From the IMG/VR virus record IMGVR_UViG_3300010882_000012: a DNA stretch of 64,000 nt; one strand, written 5' to 3'. How positions within the stretch are numbered: position 1 is the stretch's first letter; every line of letters begins with the position of its first letter. Shown piece by piece: positions 1-10,415 of the stretch. This stretch comes from a virus. Taxonomy: Duplodnaviria > Caudoviricetes. The notes under the pieces were generated by a model. It had not been told where the DNA came from. It was given only the letters and a program-made list of their open reading frames with translations, and searched no databases. The position numbers and the translations under genes are program-made.

Positions 1-696
1 TATTACACCATAACGATCAAAAATTGTTTGTGTTATTTTATCTTTTATTAATGGATTTTGCGCTGGATTTTCAACATTATAACGTTCTAAACAAGTTTTT
101 CTTATTTTCCCAGGATTATTATAATTTTTATCTCCATATATTTCTAAACAAGTTTGTTTTCCTTTATTATTTAATTCTTTTGAAGAAAATCCAATACCAT
201 TATAACGTTCTTCACAAGTTATTTTAACTTTATTTTTAATTTCTTTAGAATACATCGGATGCCCATTATATTTTTCTTCCCATGTTTTATTTTTCTTATC
301 AACTAAAAAAGAACTTGTGGAATTATATCTTTCTAATAAAGTTTGTTTTGTTTTTTCTTGTATTTCTTTATTTTGTTGTGGATTTTCTACACCAAATTTT
401 TCAATACAAGTATTTTTAACTTTTTGAAATGTATTTTGATATCTACATGATTTTTTATCACATGTATTAGCATATTTTCTATTATTTAAAATAAATTTAA
501 CATTTTCACCACAAATTGGACATTTTGGTATTTCTTGTAAATTATTTAAAAATAAAAAAATTCTTTCTTTATAATGAACAATATTTAAATGTGAAGAAAA
601 AGAATCTATAACATCTTTATATTGTTCATAAATTTGTTTTCTTGTATTTCCTTTTTTAGAAAATAATAAAGACCTTAATTCTTTTTCAGTTAACAT
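1..696 (-). CDS. Partial (runs off window) protein with CxxC motif and KxTCxEK(Y/F)GVxxPxQ-type repeats, as in jumbo-phage homing-endonuclease-associated proteins
   Basis: Not in ORF track (truncated). Hand translation from ATG at 696: MLTEKELRSLLF...IPKCPICGENVKF...KNTCIEKFGVENPQQNKEIQEKTKQTLLERY; similar repeats continue toward base 1. Confidence 0.75.
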   Translation of the reverse strand, partial: MLTEKELRSLLFSKKGNTRKQIYEQYKDVIDSFSSHLNIVHYKERIFLFLNNLQEIPKCPICGENVKFILNNRKYANTCDKKSCRYQNTFQKVKNTCIEKFGVENPQQNKEIQEKTKQTLLERYNSTSSFLVDKKNKTWEEKYNGHPMYSKEIKNKVKITCEERYNGIGFSSKELNNKGKQTCLEIYGDKNYNNPGKIRKTCLERYNVENPAQNPLIKDKITQTIFDRYGVI

Positions 697-860
697 TAAA
701 AAATAGTTTTTTTATATAAATCTGATAAAAATTCTCTTATTAATTTAGACATATTCCATCCTTTATTTTGCATATAAGCAAGTTCTTCTTTTTCTTTATT
801 ATTTAATTTAACAACCAAAGTATGATGGCGTTTTATTTCTAATGATTTTTTTGTATTCAT
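696..860 (-). CDS. 54-aa ribbon-helix-helix-like DNA-binding protein
   Basis: Hand translation MNTKKSLEIKRHHTLVVKLNNKEKEELAYMQNKGWNMSKLIREFL...; strand-helix-G-x-x-x-S-helix pattern; stop overlaps next ATG (TAATG). Confidence 0.6.
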   Translation of the reverse strand: MNTKKSLEIKRHHTLVVKLNNKEKEELAYMQNKGWNMSKLIREFLSDLYKKTIF

Positions 861-871
861 AATTATAATTA

Positions 872-879
872 TATTTATA
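872..879 (-). promoter_or_regulatory. T4-like late promoter box TATAAATA
   Basis: Exact TATAAATA just upstream of the ATG at 860 and downstream of a terminator; AT-rich context lowers specificity. Confidence 0.5.
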
Positions 880-925
880 TTATATATTCCAATATTTTTT
901 CAGCTTTTTACTATTTTGTAATAAT

Positions 926-950
926 CAAAAAAGCCATCATTTAGATGGCT
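926..950 (-). terminator. Intrinsic terminator after Ig-repeat gene
   Basis: AGCCATC-5nt-GATGGCT hairpin followed by a T-run on the minus strand. Confidence 0.8.
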
Positions 951-1029
951 CTTAAAGAGATTAAAGATTAAAATTCTAATTATTTATAAATCTTTATGGA
1001 ATTATAATCCCAAAAGATTATTGTTATAG

Positions 1030-4000
1030 TTATTCTTCATAAAATGTATAAATAAAGATATCCTCCTGAATATTTTTAATAATTGCAGTGTTAACACCTG
1101 GATATTCAATATCATAATCAAGAAGATTCATTTGTTTAGAATAAATGACTAATAAGTACACTGTAATATTATAACTCCATTTAATTTCTAAGTTTTGTCC
1201 TAACTGTATGGTCAGTGGAAAACTTGGTGTGAGTATCTGATTATTTGGCGAAACTGTGTAAAAATCTTCAATTAAGTCGACCGTTACTGTATTTGTTTCA
1301 AGTTCAAAAATTTTCTTTCCATTAAGAAACGCAACCTGTACTTCTTTTCCGTTAAGGAACATGTGTCCAATTTCTTTCCCATCTAAAAAACATCCACCTG
1401 AAGCAGTTACTATTATACTGAAGTTCTTTACATCAACACCATAAAGACTTAATACCATTACATCAAAATTGAAACTTCCAGAATTTAATACAATACCTGA
1501 AATAACACCAGTGTCAGGATCTAAAGTCAATCCGTTAGGCAATGATCCATTATGAATCCTCCAACTAATTGGTAAATCTCCAGATGCTTCAACTGTAGCT
1601 TCATAAAATTCCCCTACAATTGCATTCATCAAAGATGCCGTTGTAATAATCGGAGGATCTTTGATTGTCATCACAAATTGTCTTTCATCACTTCCAATTG
1701 CATTTGAAGCAATAATCGAGAAATTAAAAATGCCCGGAGTTGTTGGTATTCCTGTAAGTTGTCCGGCTGAACTTAAACTTAATCCATCTGGCAACACATC
1801 ACCAGATTTCAAAGTCCAAGTTATTGTAGGATTTCCATCTGCAACTAAACCAATATTAACTGAGCTTCCTTTGATTCCATTATTTAAGTAACTTGATATT
1901 ATTATGATTGGTGCACCTGTGTTATTAATTAGTATCGTAAACTGTCTTGTATCATCAAGTTCCGTAATATTCGTAACGCCAATCGTAAAAGTTGAAAGAC
2001 CTAACGTTGTCGGTGTTCCTGAAATAAGACCGGTGTTTGGGTTTAAACTTAACCCATTGGGCAAAGAACCATAAAGAACACTCCAAGTTCTTTCTTGTGA
2101 ACTTCCAGATGCCTGTAAAGTTTGGGAATAAGCAGTAGAGATAGTACCCGTGTTTAAAGAAAGTGTTAAGATCTTCGGTTCTTCATATACGTTCAAGATA
2201 AAGTCTTCTTCAAAATAATCAGCAATATTCTCAACCCGTAATCTTATTGGAAAACTACCAATCACAGAGGTTGTTCCGGAGATTAGTCCTGTTTCAGGAT
2301 CCAATGTAATTCCGGGTGGCAAACTTCCAGAAACGATACTCCATTCATGAGGTGTTACACCAGTTGCTGTCATTTGTTGCGAATATGGAATGCCCTTTAT
2401 CGCAAATGCAATGTCAAGTTCTATGATACTTGGTGTTGATATTTCAAGTGTTATCTGTTGTGGTGCAGAACTTCCAAACTCGTTAGTTGCTGTAACAGAA
2501 AATATGTAAGTGCCTTCAATTGGATATACCCAAGTAAGAGCGCCATTTGAAGAAAGTGAAATCTGTGCAGCGGCAGTTGGATTTGATGGTGGGGTTGTAA
2601 TTGCCCACATAATCGGTGTATTGCCATTTGCGGTAAGCACCACCGTAAACGGTCTGGCTTCTCTTCCACCAAAAAGATTCGCTGACGTAATTGTCGGTGA
2701 AGCTCCTATTGTAATAGAAAATTGTCCAGATGCTTGGGTTGTTCCGTTTGTGATTGTAACTGTTACGTTATAAGTACCTGCAACTGACGGGGTTCCGGTT
2801 ACAACACCGGTTCCTGCTGTAATAAGCAATCCGGTTGGTTGTCCGGTCCATGACCATGAAATACCTGCTGTTGAGTCTAAACCTTCTGCTTGAAAGGTTA
2901 ACTTTCCATTATAAGAAGTACCAACTGTTCCAATCGGAAGTGGAGATTGTGTTACAATGGCAAGTGCCAAACCTGCATCAATACTTAAGTTTCTTGGTGC
3001 AGAACTGCCTGCAATATTAGTAGCAACGACTGTAAAGTTAAACAGTCCCGTTGTGTTTGGGGTACCTGAGATTATGCCTGTTTGTCCGTCAAGACTTAAA
3101 CCACCTGGAAGTTGCCCAGAAGTTATTGCATAAGTAATAGGTGTAGTTCCAGTTGCATTAAGTTGAACAGAATAATTGGATCCCAAACGAGCATACCCAA
3201 AAGATGTTGTTGTAATTGCTGGAAGCTGATATGTTGTGATTGTGTATGTTCTAACATCGGTTCCTATACTGTTTTCTGCTTGTATAGAAAAGTTACTTAC
3301 ACCAAGTGTTGTTGGTGTTCCTGTAAGTTGTCCTGTATTAGTATTAAGAGAAATGCCATTAGGAAGTGATCCTGTTAAAACTGACCATGTAATTGGAGTT
3401 TGACCAGAAGCACTTAATGTTGCATTGTAAGCAACCGTAAGAGCTCCATTTGGTAAAGATATTGTATTGATGTTTGGCTTTGAAAAAACACCGAACGAAA
3501 AGTTCTTCGTATCAGTTCCATAATTATTGGTAGCAGTAACCGTAATTTGGCAAGTTTGTCCGTCAATTGTAGGTGTTCCTGTAATTGTAGTACCGCTTAT
3601 TGAAAGTCCGGTCGGTAAAGTCCCAGAAGTAACTGAAACTGTAACTTGCATACCGGCTGCTGAACCCGTAACCGTTGGACTCCAAGAATATGGAATGTTC
3701 TCAATTGCTCCGGGAATGTAAGTATCGGTTATAACAGGAGGTTCTGCAACGATTAAAGTAAACTGTCTTGTTGTTGTGTAACCCAAAGAGTCTTCTAACG
3801 AAACTGTAAAGTTGTAAGATCCTTCATTTAAACCAATTGTTCCGCTTATAAGTCCAGCAGAATTTACAGAAAGTCCATGTCCTGTTGGCAATCCATTAAG
3901 TGAAAATATGAACGGGGCTGTTCCTCCAGACCAAGCAAGTTGCTGCGAATAAGATCTTCCTTTTAATGACGATGTTATTGAAGCAGTTGTAATAATAGGA

Positions 4001-4677
4001 GGATCTGCAATTTTTATGTCACCTCCTGCTGGTGTTGTACCTTCCCACCAACCTGATGTTGGTGTATAATCAAGAACTGCATTACGGATTGCTAATAACG
4101 GAGGTTCGTTTCCTGCTCCAAAATCAGCAGTAAGGTCAATAACGACCACATTATCAAGCTGACCATAAAGATCACTATTTCCTGAGTTTGCAGTTTGTTG
4201 CCAAACCCATCTTGGATTCCAGTTTACAGTGTCTGCTGTCCAGATAGCATCAATTAGTTGCCATGAAGTTGTTACCAAAGATTGCAACCCATTCACAAAA
4301 GGTGTAAGTGCCGTTGTTCCCCTTGCAGGAATTGCATTTGTACCATTTGCTGGATTGACTGCATTAACGACCGTACAAGCAGATACTGTTCCTGCTGTTG
4401 CACCACGAAGTCTAACCTGAGATCGTATGTAATACTTGTGACCTACAATTGCACCTAAGTTAGTTGTCGGGTTAACATAAATCAAGCCCTGGGTTTTTCC
4501 TCCAATTTGTAATGCACCAGTTGCATATTCACCGTGGACTGGTGCCAATGGCGTAACCTGAGTTGGGTTTAACACAGACTGTGCATTTTGGTTGTTTGTT
4601 TGGAAACCTGAAAACCCATTAATATTAGCTATAAAGCTTCCGTTTGTGATCTTATTTGTAAGTTGTATTGCTGCCAT
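1030..4677 (-). CDS. Putative-Ig (He_PIG-like) tandem repeat virion/surface adhesion protein
   Basis: About 10 repeats of ~85 aa (P-x-I-T-T...G-x-LP-x-GL-x-L...TG-x-ISGTP...G-x-F-x-F-T-V-x-A-x-N); N-terminal beta-rich domain; C-terminal FLDGKEIGHMFLNGKEV motif. Confidence 0.85.
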   Translation of the reverse strand: MAAIQLTNKITNGSFIANINGFSGFQTNNQNAQSVLNPTQVTPLAPVHGEYATGALQIGGKTQGLIYVNPTTNLGAIVGHKYYIRSQVRLRGATAGTVSACTVVNAVNPANGTNAIPARGTTALTPFVNGLQSLVTTSWQLIDAIWTADTVNWNPRWVWQQTANSGNSDLYGQLDNVVVIDLTADFGAGNEPPLLAIRNAVLDYTPTSGWWEGTTPAGGDIKIADPPIITTASITSSLKGRSYSQQLAWSGGTAPFIFSLNGLPTGHGLSVNSAGLISGTIGLNEGSYNFTVSLEDSLGYTTTRQFTLIVAEPPVITDTYIPGAIENIPYSWSPTVTGSAAGMQVTVSVTSGTLPTGLSISGTTITGTPTIDGQTCQITVTATNNYGTDTKNFSFGVFSKPNINTISLPNGALTVAYNATLSASGQTPITWSVLTGSLPNGISLNTNTGQLTGTPTTLGVSNFSIQAENSIGTDVRTYTITTYQLPAITTTSFGYARLGSNYSVQLNATGTTPITYAITSGQLPGGLSLDGQTGIISGTPNTTGLFNFTVVATNIAGSSAPRNLSIDAGLALAIVTQSPLPIGTVGTSYNGKLTFQAEGLDSTAGISWSWTGQPTGLLITAGTGVVTGTPSVAGTYNVTVTITNGTTQASGQFSITIGASPTITSANLFGGREARPFTVVLTANGNTPIMWAITTPPSNPTAAAQISLSSNGALTWVYPIEGTYIFSVTATNEFGSSAPQQITLEISTPSIIELDIAFAIKGIPYSQQMTATGVTPHEWSIVSGSLPPGITLDPETGLISGTTSVIGSFPIRLRVENIADYFEEDFILNVYEEPKILTLSLNTGTISTAYSQTLQASGSSQERTWSVLYGSLPNGLSLNPNTGLISGTPTTLGLSTFTIGVTNITELDDTRQFTILINNTGAPIIIISSYLNNGIKGSSVNIGLVADGNPTITWTLKSGDVLPDGLSLSSAGQLTGIPTTPGIFNFSIIASNAIGSDERQFVMTIKDPPIITTASLMNAIVGEFYEATVEASGDLPISWRIHNGSLPNGLTLDPDTGVISGIVLNSGSFNFDVMVLSLYGVDVKNFSIIVTASGGCFLDGKEIGHMFLNGKEVQVAFLNGKKIFELETNTVTVDLIEDFYTVSPNNQILTPSFPLTIQLGQNLEIKWSYNITVYLLVIYSKQMNLLDYDIEYPGVNTAIIKNIQEDIFIYTFYEE

Positions 4678-4682
4678 CGTTT

Positions 4683-5276
4683 CTAATTTCTAATCATTTT
4701 ATATAGGTAATTGTTTCCTAATCTTTCCATTTTACACCCAATACTAAATTTGCTTGGATCATAATAAGTTGTTGTATACAAGTACAAAATTGCATTGTCT
4801 TTCATATTCTCTAAAATATGCAATAAACACTTATTCATTGCTTCCGCATCTTTGATGGGTGTACATAAGTATATGAAATCATAATCCTCATATTTTTCAT
4901 AATCACTTGCATTTGCATATTCAACTTCAACTTCATTTCTGAAATAAGTTGATGCAACATAATCACAAATTTCTTTATTGAGTTCTATCCCATGAACTTC
5001 TAATAAACTTTCATACTTTTTCTTTAAAGCATAAGAAAAAATTGGAACACCGCAACCAACTTCAAGAAACTTCTTTTTTGTTTCTTTTAAGTTCTGACCC
5101 ATATCTTTTGACACAAGTTCAAAAATTGATGCATCTGTTGGAATGTATCTCCAATTTTCTATTCCGGACGCAAGTTCTTCTTTTCCTGTAACTGAATAAA
5201 GAAATTCCGGTACAAAAAGTTGATATGTGTCAAGAAGTATTTGGTAACTCATCATCTCAGTTTTAAGCTTTTTCAA
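4683..5276 (-). CDS. Class I SAM-dependent methyltransferase
   Basis: Motif I FLEVGCG, acidic VHGIE, ANA...YDFIYL. Confidence 0.8.
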   Translation of the reverse strand: MKKLKTEMMSYQILLDTYQLFVPEFLYSVTGKEELASGIENWRYIPTDASIFELVSKDMGQNLKETKKKFLEVGCGVPIFSYALKKKYESLLEVHGIELNKEICDYVASTYFRNEVEVEYANASDYEKYEDYDFIYLCTPIKDAEAMNKCLLHILENMKDNAILYLYTTTYYDPSKFSIGCKMERLGNNYLYKMIRN

Positions 5277-7575
5277 CCCATGTAAGAATCCCAGGATTAT
5301 TTACAGAATATTGTTGCGCTAAGATAACATCTAACTCTTCATGATGTGCAACGACATCAGCTTTTGCATTTACTTCATTAACCGCAGGGATAATCTGTTG
5401 TGCTACTGTATCTAATGTTAAAGGTCCACTACCGTCACCACCAATTTCCAAACCAATCATATTGGTTAACGTTGCAACGTTAACATCCACAAAATCAAGT
5501 ATAACGCCATCTTTAGGAACACCTTCTGCTTGATTTGCACCATAAAACCATACATCTCCTCTTGGAACTGGACGGAAGTTTTCATCAATTAAAACATTAC
5601 CTGAAACGTCACTTAACTCTACAATTTTTGAGATTGCACCATTTTCTAAATACTCAAACCAAACTCGTAATCCTTCTTGTCTACGGGCTGCAGCTGCATT
5701 AGCAATGTTAGGATCTCCTTTTGTATCAAGTTGTGCATCTTCAATGTTATCGTAATAATAACGCATATAAGAAGCTGGAGTCACAACCGGACCTGTAAGT
5801 TGAATGTGCCATCTTGAATCTCTCATCGTGTTAGGAGGAAACGTAAGCATAGTAACATCCCACACAAAAATTGCATTATATCGCATTAAGTCATCGGAAA
5901 TATCAAGTGCGTCTTGAACGTTGTGGATTTTTAGTGGTGTTTTTGAGTTATCATAAAAAATGTTTTCTGCAATAAGTTCAATGTCAGCAACACCGTTCGC
6001 ATCAACCACAGATGAACCGTTGACTTGAACGTCTTCAATTTTGGACTCAGGAATTGGAATATTCCCAATTTTCTCATCAATAAGTGGGTAAATAAGATCC
6101 TTAATCGGTTCAGTGAGTTTAAACTCAGGTCCATCTAATGATTCTCCTGGAAACTCAACATAAAGGGTTGGCAAAAAAGTATCTAAAGGATGTAATTTCT
6201 TATACTCTATTTCACTGTCCTCAATAAACTCAAACCAAAAATTTTCTTCGGGGTTATCAATTTCCCATATACCATTTTTTCTGATTGGATTAAAAGTATA
6301 TCCAGGAAATCCCTTTGTTGTTAAATCAAAGGGATTTCCTGGATATACTTCAACTCCAGTATTACCGTTATAATAAAATGTATCAATACCGAAAGATGTC
6401 GTATTTGCAAGATTTCTTATATAAATTTCAGCATAATGTTCGGTTTCTATTTGAAGAATATTAACATTATCCGATTTAATTTTTGATCCTTGTGGAATTA
6501 AAGTCCCAACTTCCAAGTTCACCAAATATGTTTTATTTTTCTTTTCATACAATCTCAACTTCTTATTCTCATTACTGTCCCTGTTTAAAAGAAACTCATC
6601 ATTACCAAGTTCTGTGGTGCTTTCATATGTAGGAATCACAGGAAGAACTATTTTTGCCACTTTATTTTCAACCACTGAAATGTCATCAACCAAAACATCT
6701 TCAATTGCACAAGTTGGTGCAGGAATCTCAGAAATCTTTTCATCAATCAAAGGATAAATAAGATCCTTAATCGGTTCAGTGAGTTCAAAACCTTCGCTCT
6801 GCCATTCAAAATAAGTGTTCTGTGCTATCCAACAGTTTGGATCATTTGCACCAGGAATATTAGGCATTGCCGAAAAGCTTGCAAATAAGCCATGTTCTAA
6901 ATCATATAATACGGTTCCTAAAATGTTATTAGCAAGGTCTTCGGGTGCAACTTCCCAAACTCCTTCCACCCATGCGAATTGATGTGATAAAGCAGATGGC
7001 GAACTGTACCCATGATCAAGATACGCGCCAAACACAATCTTTTGTGTATCGGGATCTTTGCCTCCAAATAAACTTAAAACTCTATCCCAATCTTTGTTAA
7101 AAAGATCTGTCCATAAATCACCTGCATTTACTTCAATTGATTCTTTATTTTGAATCTTATACTTAGCACCAACGGGAATAAAGCTGTTGTTTTTAAGATC
7201 TTTAACATACAAACGAGTTACTATATTACCGGGTTCATACAACTTTATCTTCTTCTCATCGGTGCCATCTCTCTGCAAAAGATACTCATCACTACCGAGT
7301 TCATTTGTGGACTCAAATAATGAAGGATCTATGTAACCAGTCTCGCCTTGTGGACCTTGGGGTCCCTGTAAACCCTGTTCACCGGTATCTCCTTTGTAGC
7401 CTTGCGGTCCTTGGGGTCCTGCAAATTCAGACGTTCTACGATCATCATCCTCAAAATCGTAAAGTAATTTTAATTTTCCATCTTCTTTCTTAACAAAAAT
7501 GATTTGACCTTTCTTTATTTCTGGAAGTACTTCAGGATTTTCTGTACTTGATTGCAAAACACGGAATTTTGACAT
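5263..7575 (-). CDS. Collagen-repeat-containing fibre/tail-associated protein with internal module duplication
   Basis: GPQGPQGYKGDTGEQGLQGPQGPQGETG G-X-Y run; duplicated ESTxELGxDExLLxRD, LTEPIKDLIYPLIDEKI and IEDVxVxxxSVV segments. Confidence 0.7.
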   Translation of the reverse strand: MSKFRVLQSSTENPEVLPEIKKGQIIFVKKEDGKLKLLYDFEDDDRRTSEFAGPQGPQGYKGDTGEQGLQGPQGPQGETGYIDPSLFESTNELGSDEYLLQRDGTDEKKIKLYEPGNIVTRLYVKDLKNNSFIPVGAKYKIQNKESIEVNAGDLWTDLFNKDWDRVLSLFGGKDPDTQKIVFGAYLDHGYSSPSALSHQFAWVEGVWEVAPEDLANNILGTVLYDLEHGLFASFSAMPNIPGANDPNCWIAQNTYFEWQSEGFELTEPIKDLIYPLIDEKISEIPAPTCAIEDVLVDDISVVENKVAKIVLPVIPTYESTTELGNDEFLLNRDSNENKKLRLYEKKNKTYLVNLEVGTLIPQGSKIKSDNVNILQIETEHYAEIYIRNLANTTSFGIDTFYYNGNTGVEVYPGNPFDLTTKGFPGYTFNPIRKNGIWEIDNPEENFWFEFIEDSEIEYKKLHPLDTFLPTLYVEFPGESLDGPEFKLTEPIKDLIYPLIDEKIGNIPIPESKIEDVQVNGSSVVDANGVADIELIAENIFYDNSKTPLKIHNVQDALDISDDLMRYNAIFVWDVTMLTFPPNTMRDSRWHIQLTGPVVTPASYMRYYYDNIEDAQLDTKGDPNIANAAAARRQEGLRVWFEYLENGAISKIVELSDVSGNVLIDENFRPVPRGDVWFYGANQAEGVPKDGVILDFVDVNVATLTNMIGLEIGGDGSGPLTLDTVAQQIIPAVNEVNAKADVVAHHEELDVILAQQYSVNNPGILTWVEKA
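6089..6785. repeat. 31-bp perfect direct repeat (6089-6119 and 6755-6785) inside fibre gene
   Basis: TAAATAAGATCCTTAATCGGTTCAGTGAGTT present twice. Confidence 0.9.
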
Positions 7576-7660
7576 TGTTTCTTCATTATTTTACTATTAT
7601 CAGCGAGAGTCTATTCTCACTTACTATTTATTTCGATATGTTTTAAGAAAATTTTAAAAT

Positions 7661-7688
7661 GAAAAAGCTCTTCATTTCTAAAGAGCTT
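7661..7688 (-). terminator. Intrinsic terminator
   Basis: AAGCTCTT-8nt-AAGAGCTT hairpin plus T-run on the minus strand. Confidence 0.8.
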
Positions 7689-7724
7689 CTTCGATAATTA
7701 TGAAAAAATCCCAAAACAAAAGTC

Positions 7725-8585
7725 TTATGCTTGTCTTTTGATGTAACCTCCAATTTGTTGCTTTCTTTCTTTAAATCCTTTTGTTTGATTTTCAAAATTC
7801 GCAATATCCTTATCAATACCTTCTATTCTTTTTATTGCCCATTCTGAAAGTTTATCAGGATCTAATTCAATTCCACACTCTTCTGCCTGTTTAATTACTT
7901 CATCTGAAATTGATTTGTTTTTCAATATCTCAGTAAACTTCTCAAAAGCTTCTTCATATGTTCTAAATGGATGTATTGTTGTCCAGCCACCACTCCCATC
8001 ACTGTAAGTATTTAAACGATATTCTAAATCTCCATTTGATTTTCCAAATAATGAAACCAACTTAATTCCATCAATTCTGCCATGTCCCCAACAATCATAC
8101 CAGTAAAGTTCTAATTCAGATAATTTCATTATTTTAGGATGATACTCTTCTAAAACAATCCATTCTAAATCATTACAAAGAAAATCAATTATTCTATGCA
8201 ATTGATGTTCTACTCCAGAATCAATTTTAGGATCAAAATTAACTAAAGCAAGTTGCTCTTTCATTAATCTTAATCTGTCTCTTTCTTTTTCTAAACTATT
8301 AGCCATTTTTCTAATAGCATCTCTTTGACGTTCTTCTTCCTTGTAATAATCTTGATGATATTTTTCAAGCATAATATCATACTTTTCTTTCCAAGAAGAA
8401 CAAGGTTTATCAAAAAGTTCTGATTCTATTACAGTAAAAGCTTCACCCGATAAGTACTCTTGATTATCATCTGCAATAAAAATCTCTTGTACTATTACTT
8501 CAGTAGAATTAACCCTACTAATTACAATTACTTTTCTATTGTTTCTTGTGTACATAGGTTGTACATCTGTTTTCAATTCTTCCAT
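7725..8585 (-). CDS. Hypothetical coiled-coil phage protein
   Basis: 286-aa ORF, coiled-coil segments, LFGKSNGDLEYRLNTYSDGSG motif. Confidence 0.75.
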   Translation of the reverse strand: MEELKTDVQPMYTRNNRKVIVISRVNSTEVIVQEIFIADDNQEYLSGEAFTVIESELFDKPCSSWKEKYDIMLEKYHQDYYKEEERQRDAIRKMANSLEKERDRLRLMKEQLALVNFDPKIDSGVEHQLHRIIDFLCNDLEWIVLEEYHPKIMKLSELELYWYDCWGHGRIDGIKLVSLFGKSNGDLEYRLNTYSDGSGGWTTIHPFRTYEEAFEKFTEILKNKSISDEVIKQAEECGIELDPDKLSEWAIKRIEGIDKDIANFENQTKGFKERKQQIGGYIKRQA

Positions 8586-8769
8586 TGTATTATTTTAGTG
8601 CTGTTTGTAACCTTTCTATTTGTGAAAATTGTTCTTCAAAAGTCATTCTACTACCATCTGGATTTACACTACTACAAATCAAACAATTCCTATTATAATT
8701 AGGATTTATTTTCGCGCTAGGAAATACCGGAATTGGTGTAATTTCTGTTATTATAAAACTTTTCATATC

Positions 8770-9732
8770 TTAATAATCATGTTCAATTTGTAAAGTCCAA
8801 CCCGCAGGCTCAAAAAACTGTTTAAAAACTTTTTCTGTTTCTATTAAAAGCTCTTGTACTGTATCAAATCTACCTGTTGGATCTCCTTCTTCATAATTAA
8901 ACCATTTATTATAAGGATTTTTATTACCAGTTGCTTCTAATCTTGTAATTGGTCTTGTTACTTCAATTTCAAAATGGTCACAAAATTCTGGACCCCAAAC
9001 ATGACTCCATTCATCTTTATCTTCTCTAAGCTCTTTCCATTGAATATTGGAAGAATAATGAGGCTTTAGATGTCCATAATAATGTTCAGCATCCCAAGAA
9101 GTTCCAATGTATGATGTAATATTAAGAATTACAATTTTCTTGTTTTCTTGCTTACCACAAGTGTATTCTCTTTCTCTTGAAGAAACAAGAATTTTACCAT
9201 CATCTTTCAGTACAAAAACATTTTCTCCATAATCCACAGGAATAGACTCTTTTAACTCTGCCGATTGAGTTTTAAAACTTGTCCAATAATGATTAAGATT
9301 TTTATACCAATCCATCCATTTTTTCGTATCTCCTCTTTCTGTAAGTAAGTTAATTTTTCTATGCAAACCATCCCAAACAAAAATTTCTTCTCCTTCTCTA
9401 ACTTTTAAACATTTAGCATTCTTTTCTTTTTCTTCTTTTTCTTTTAATTCTGCTTCTCTTTTTTTGTTTAATTCATAGTTTTCTAAATCTCTGTCTTTTA
9501 ATGGTCCAAATTTCTCTTCCCATTCTTTACGATGTTGTTGTAATTCAACTGTAAAAGCTTCATCATTTGCATTATCTAAAACTTTTCTTGGATCTAATCT
9601 TCCTTCTCTTACTAAATTTATTACATGACTTTCACCAATCCGAAAAACAGAATGAGGTCTTTCATCTTCCATCCTTTGTTGCTGTTCTGTTTGAAATCCA
9701 AATGGTTGTGTATAATCAAAATTCTTTTCCAT
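8770..9732 (-). CDS. Hypothetical protein
   Basis: 320-aa co-oriented ORF. Confidence 0.75.
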   Translation of the reverse strand: MEKNFDYTQPFGFQTEQQQRMEDERPHSVFRIGESHVINLVREGRLDPRKVLDNANDEAFTVELQQHRKEWEEKFGPLKDRDLENYELNKKREAELKEKEEKEKNAKCLKVREGEEIFVWDGLHRKINLLTERGDTKKWMDWYKNLNHYWTSFKTQSAELKESIPVDYGENVFVLKDDGKILVSSREREYTCGKQENKKIVILNITSYIGTSWDAEHYYGHLKPHYSSNIQWKELREDKDEWSHVWGPEFCDHFEIEVTRPITRLEATGNKNPYNKWFNYEEGDPTGRFDTVQELLIETEKVFKQFFEPAGWTLQIEHDY

Positions 9733-9734
9733 AA

Positions 9735-10328
9735 TTAAGCAATAATTGATTCAATAAAACGATCTCTTTGTTTTCTTTGAGTTTCACTTCGAATTCCAAG
9801 TTTACCAACAAAGAATTTTGCAAAAACTTTATTTTTCAAATTCAAAAGTTGAGTTGCATATTGTGCGCAAAGATTTGATTTTTCTTTCAATTCTTTTTCT
9901 AACCGATTAGATTTTTTGTAAAGTTCCAAAGCTTTATCCATTACATGATAAGAATAATCATATTCTGTTGGCATTTTGATATGATGTATTGAAGTATGAT
10001 TAATTTCTTGTTCATACTCAAAAAGTGTACGGATATAACGATTAAGATTATGAGACTGACCATGAAATTGACTGTTTATTGTCTCAATAATTTTCTTTGT
10101 ATCTTGAGAAAACCCTGGTAATTCTTTACAACGAATCCATTGATTTTCAGATGGTAAAGTTTCTGGTGTGTAATAGCCCTCATTATAATTAACAGGACGA
10201 TAGATGTGTCCAAATTGAGATAGTGCATAAAGTGTTCCAATTCTGAAATCACCATAATCTGCAAAACCTATTCTAATAACGTAACTTAAATTTCTCTTTG
10301 TGTAACCTATGATTTCAATGTTGTCCAT
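9735..10328 (-). CDS. Hypothetical protein, first gene after a promoter motif
   Basis: 197-aa ORF with A-rich leader. Confidence 0.75.
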   Translation of the reverse strand: MDNIEIIGYTKRNLSYVIRIGFADYGDFRIGTLYALSQFGHIYRPVNYNEGYYTPETLPSENQWIRCKELPGFSQDTKKIIETINSQFHGQSHNLNRYIRTLFEYEQEINHTSIHHIKMPTEYDYSYHVMDKALELYKKSNRLEKELKEKSNLCAQYATQLLNLKNKVFAKFFVGKLGIRSETQRKQRDRFIESIIA

Positions 10329-10356
10329 GTTTTTGAATTTTAATTGATTTGATATT

Positions 10357-10415
10357 GTAAAAATACTAAAAATATTAATACTAAACTACAATTTAAGAAA
10401 AAAGTTACTAACAAT
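10357..10415 (-). promoter_or_regulatory. Conserved phage promoter motif copy 1 (ATTGTTAGTAAC-N37-GTATTTTTAC)
   Basis: One of 16 copies with 58-59 bp span, upstream of a gene start. Confidence 0.85.

Noticed and set aside
1030-7575. Diversity-generating retroelement acting on fibre or Ig genes
   Set aside because: No reverse transcriptase and no ~100-bp repeat pair with adenine-specific mismatches seen in the window.
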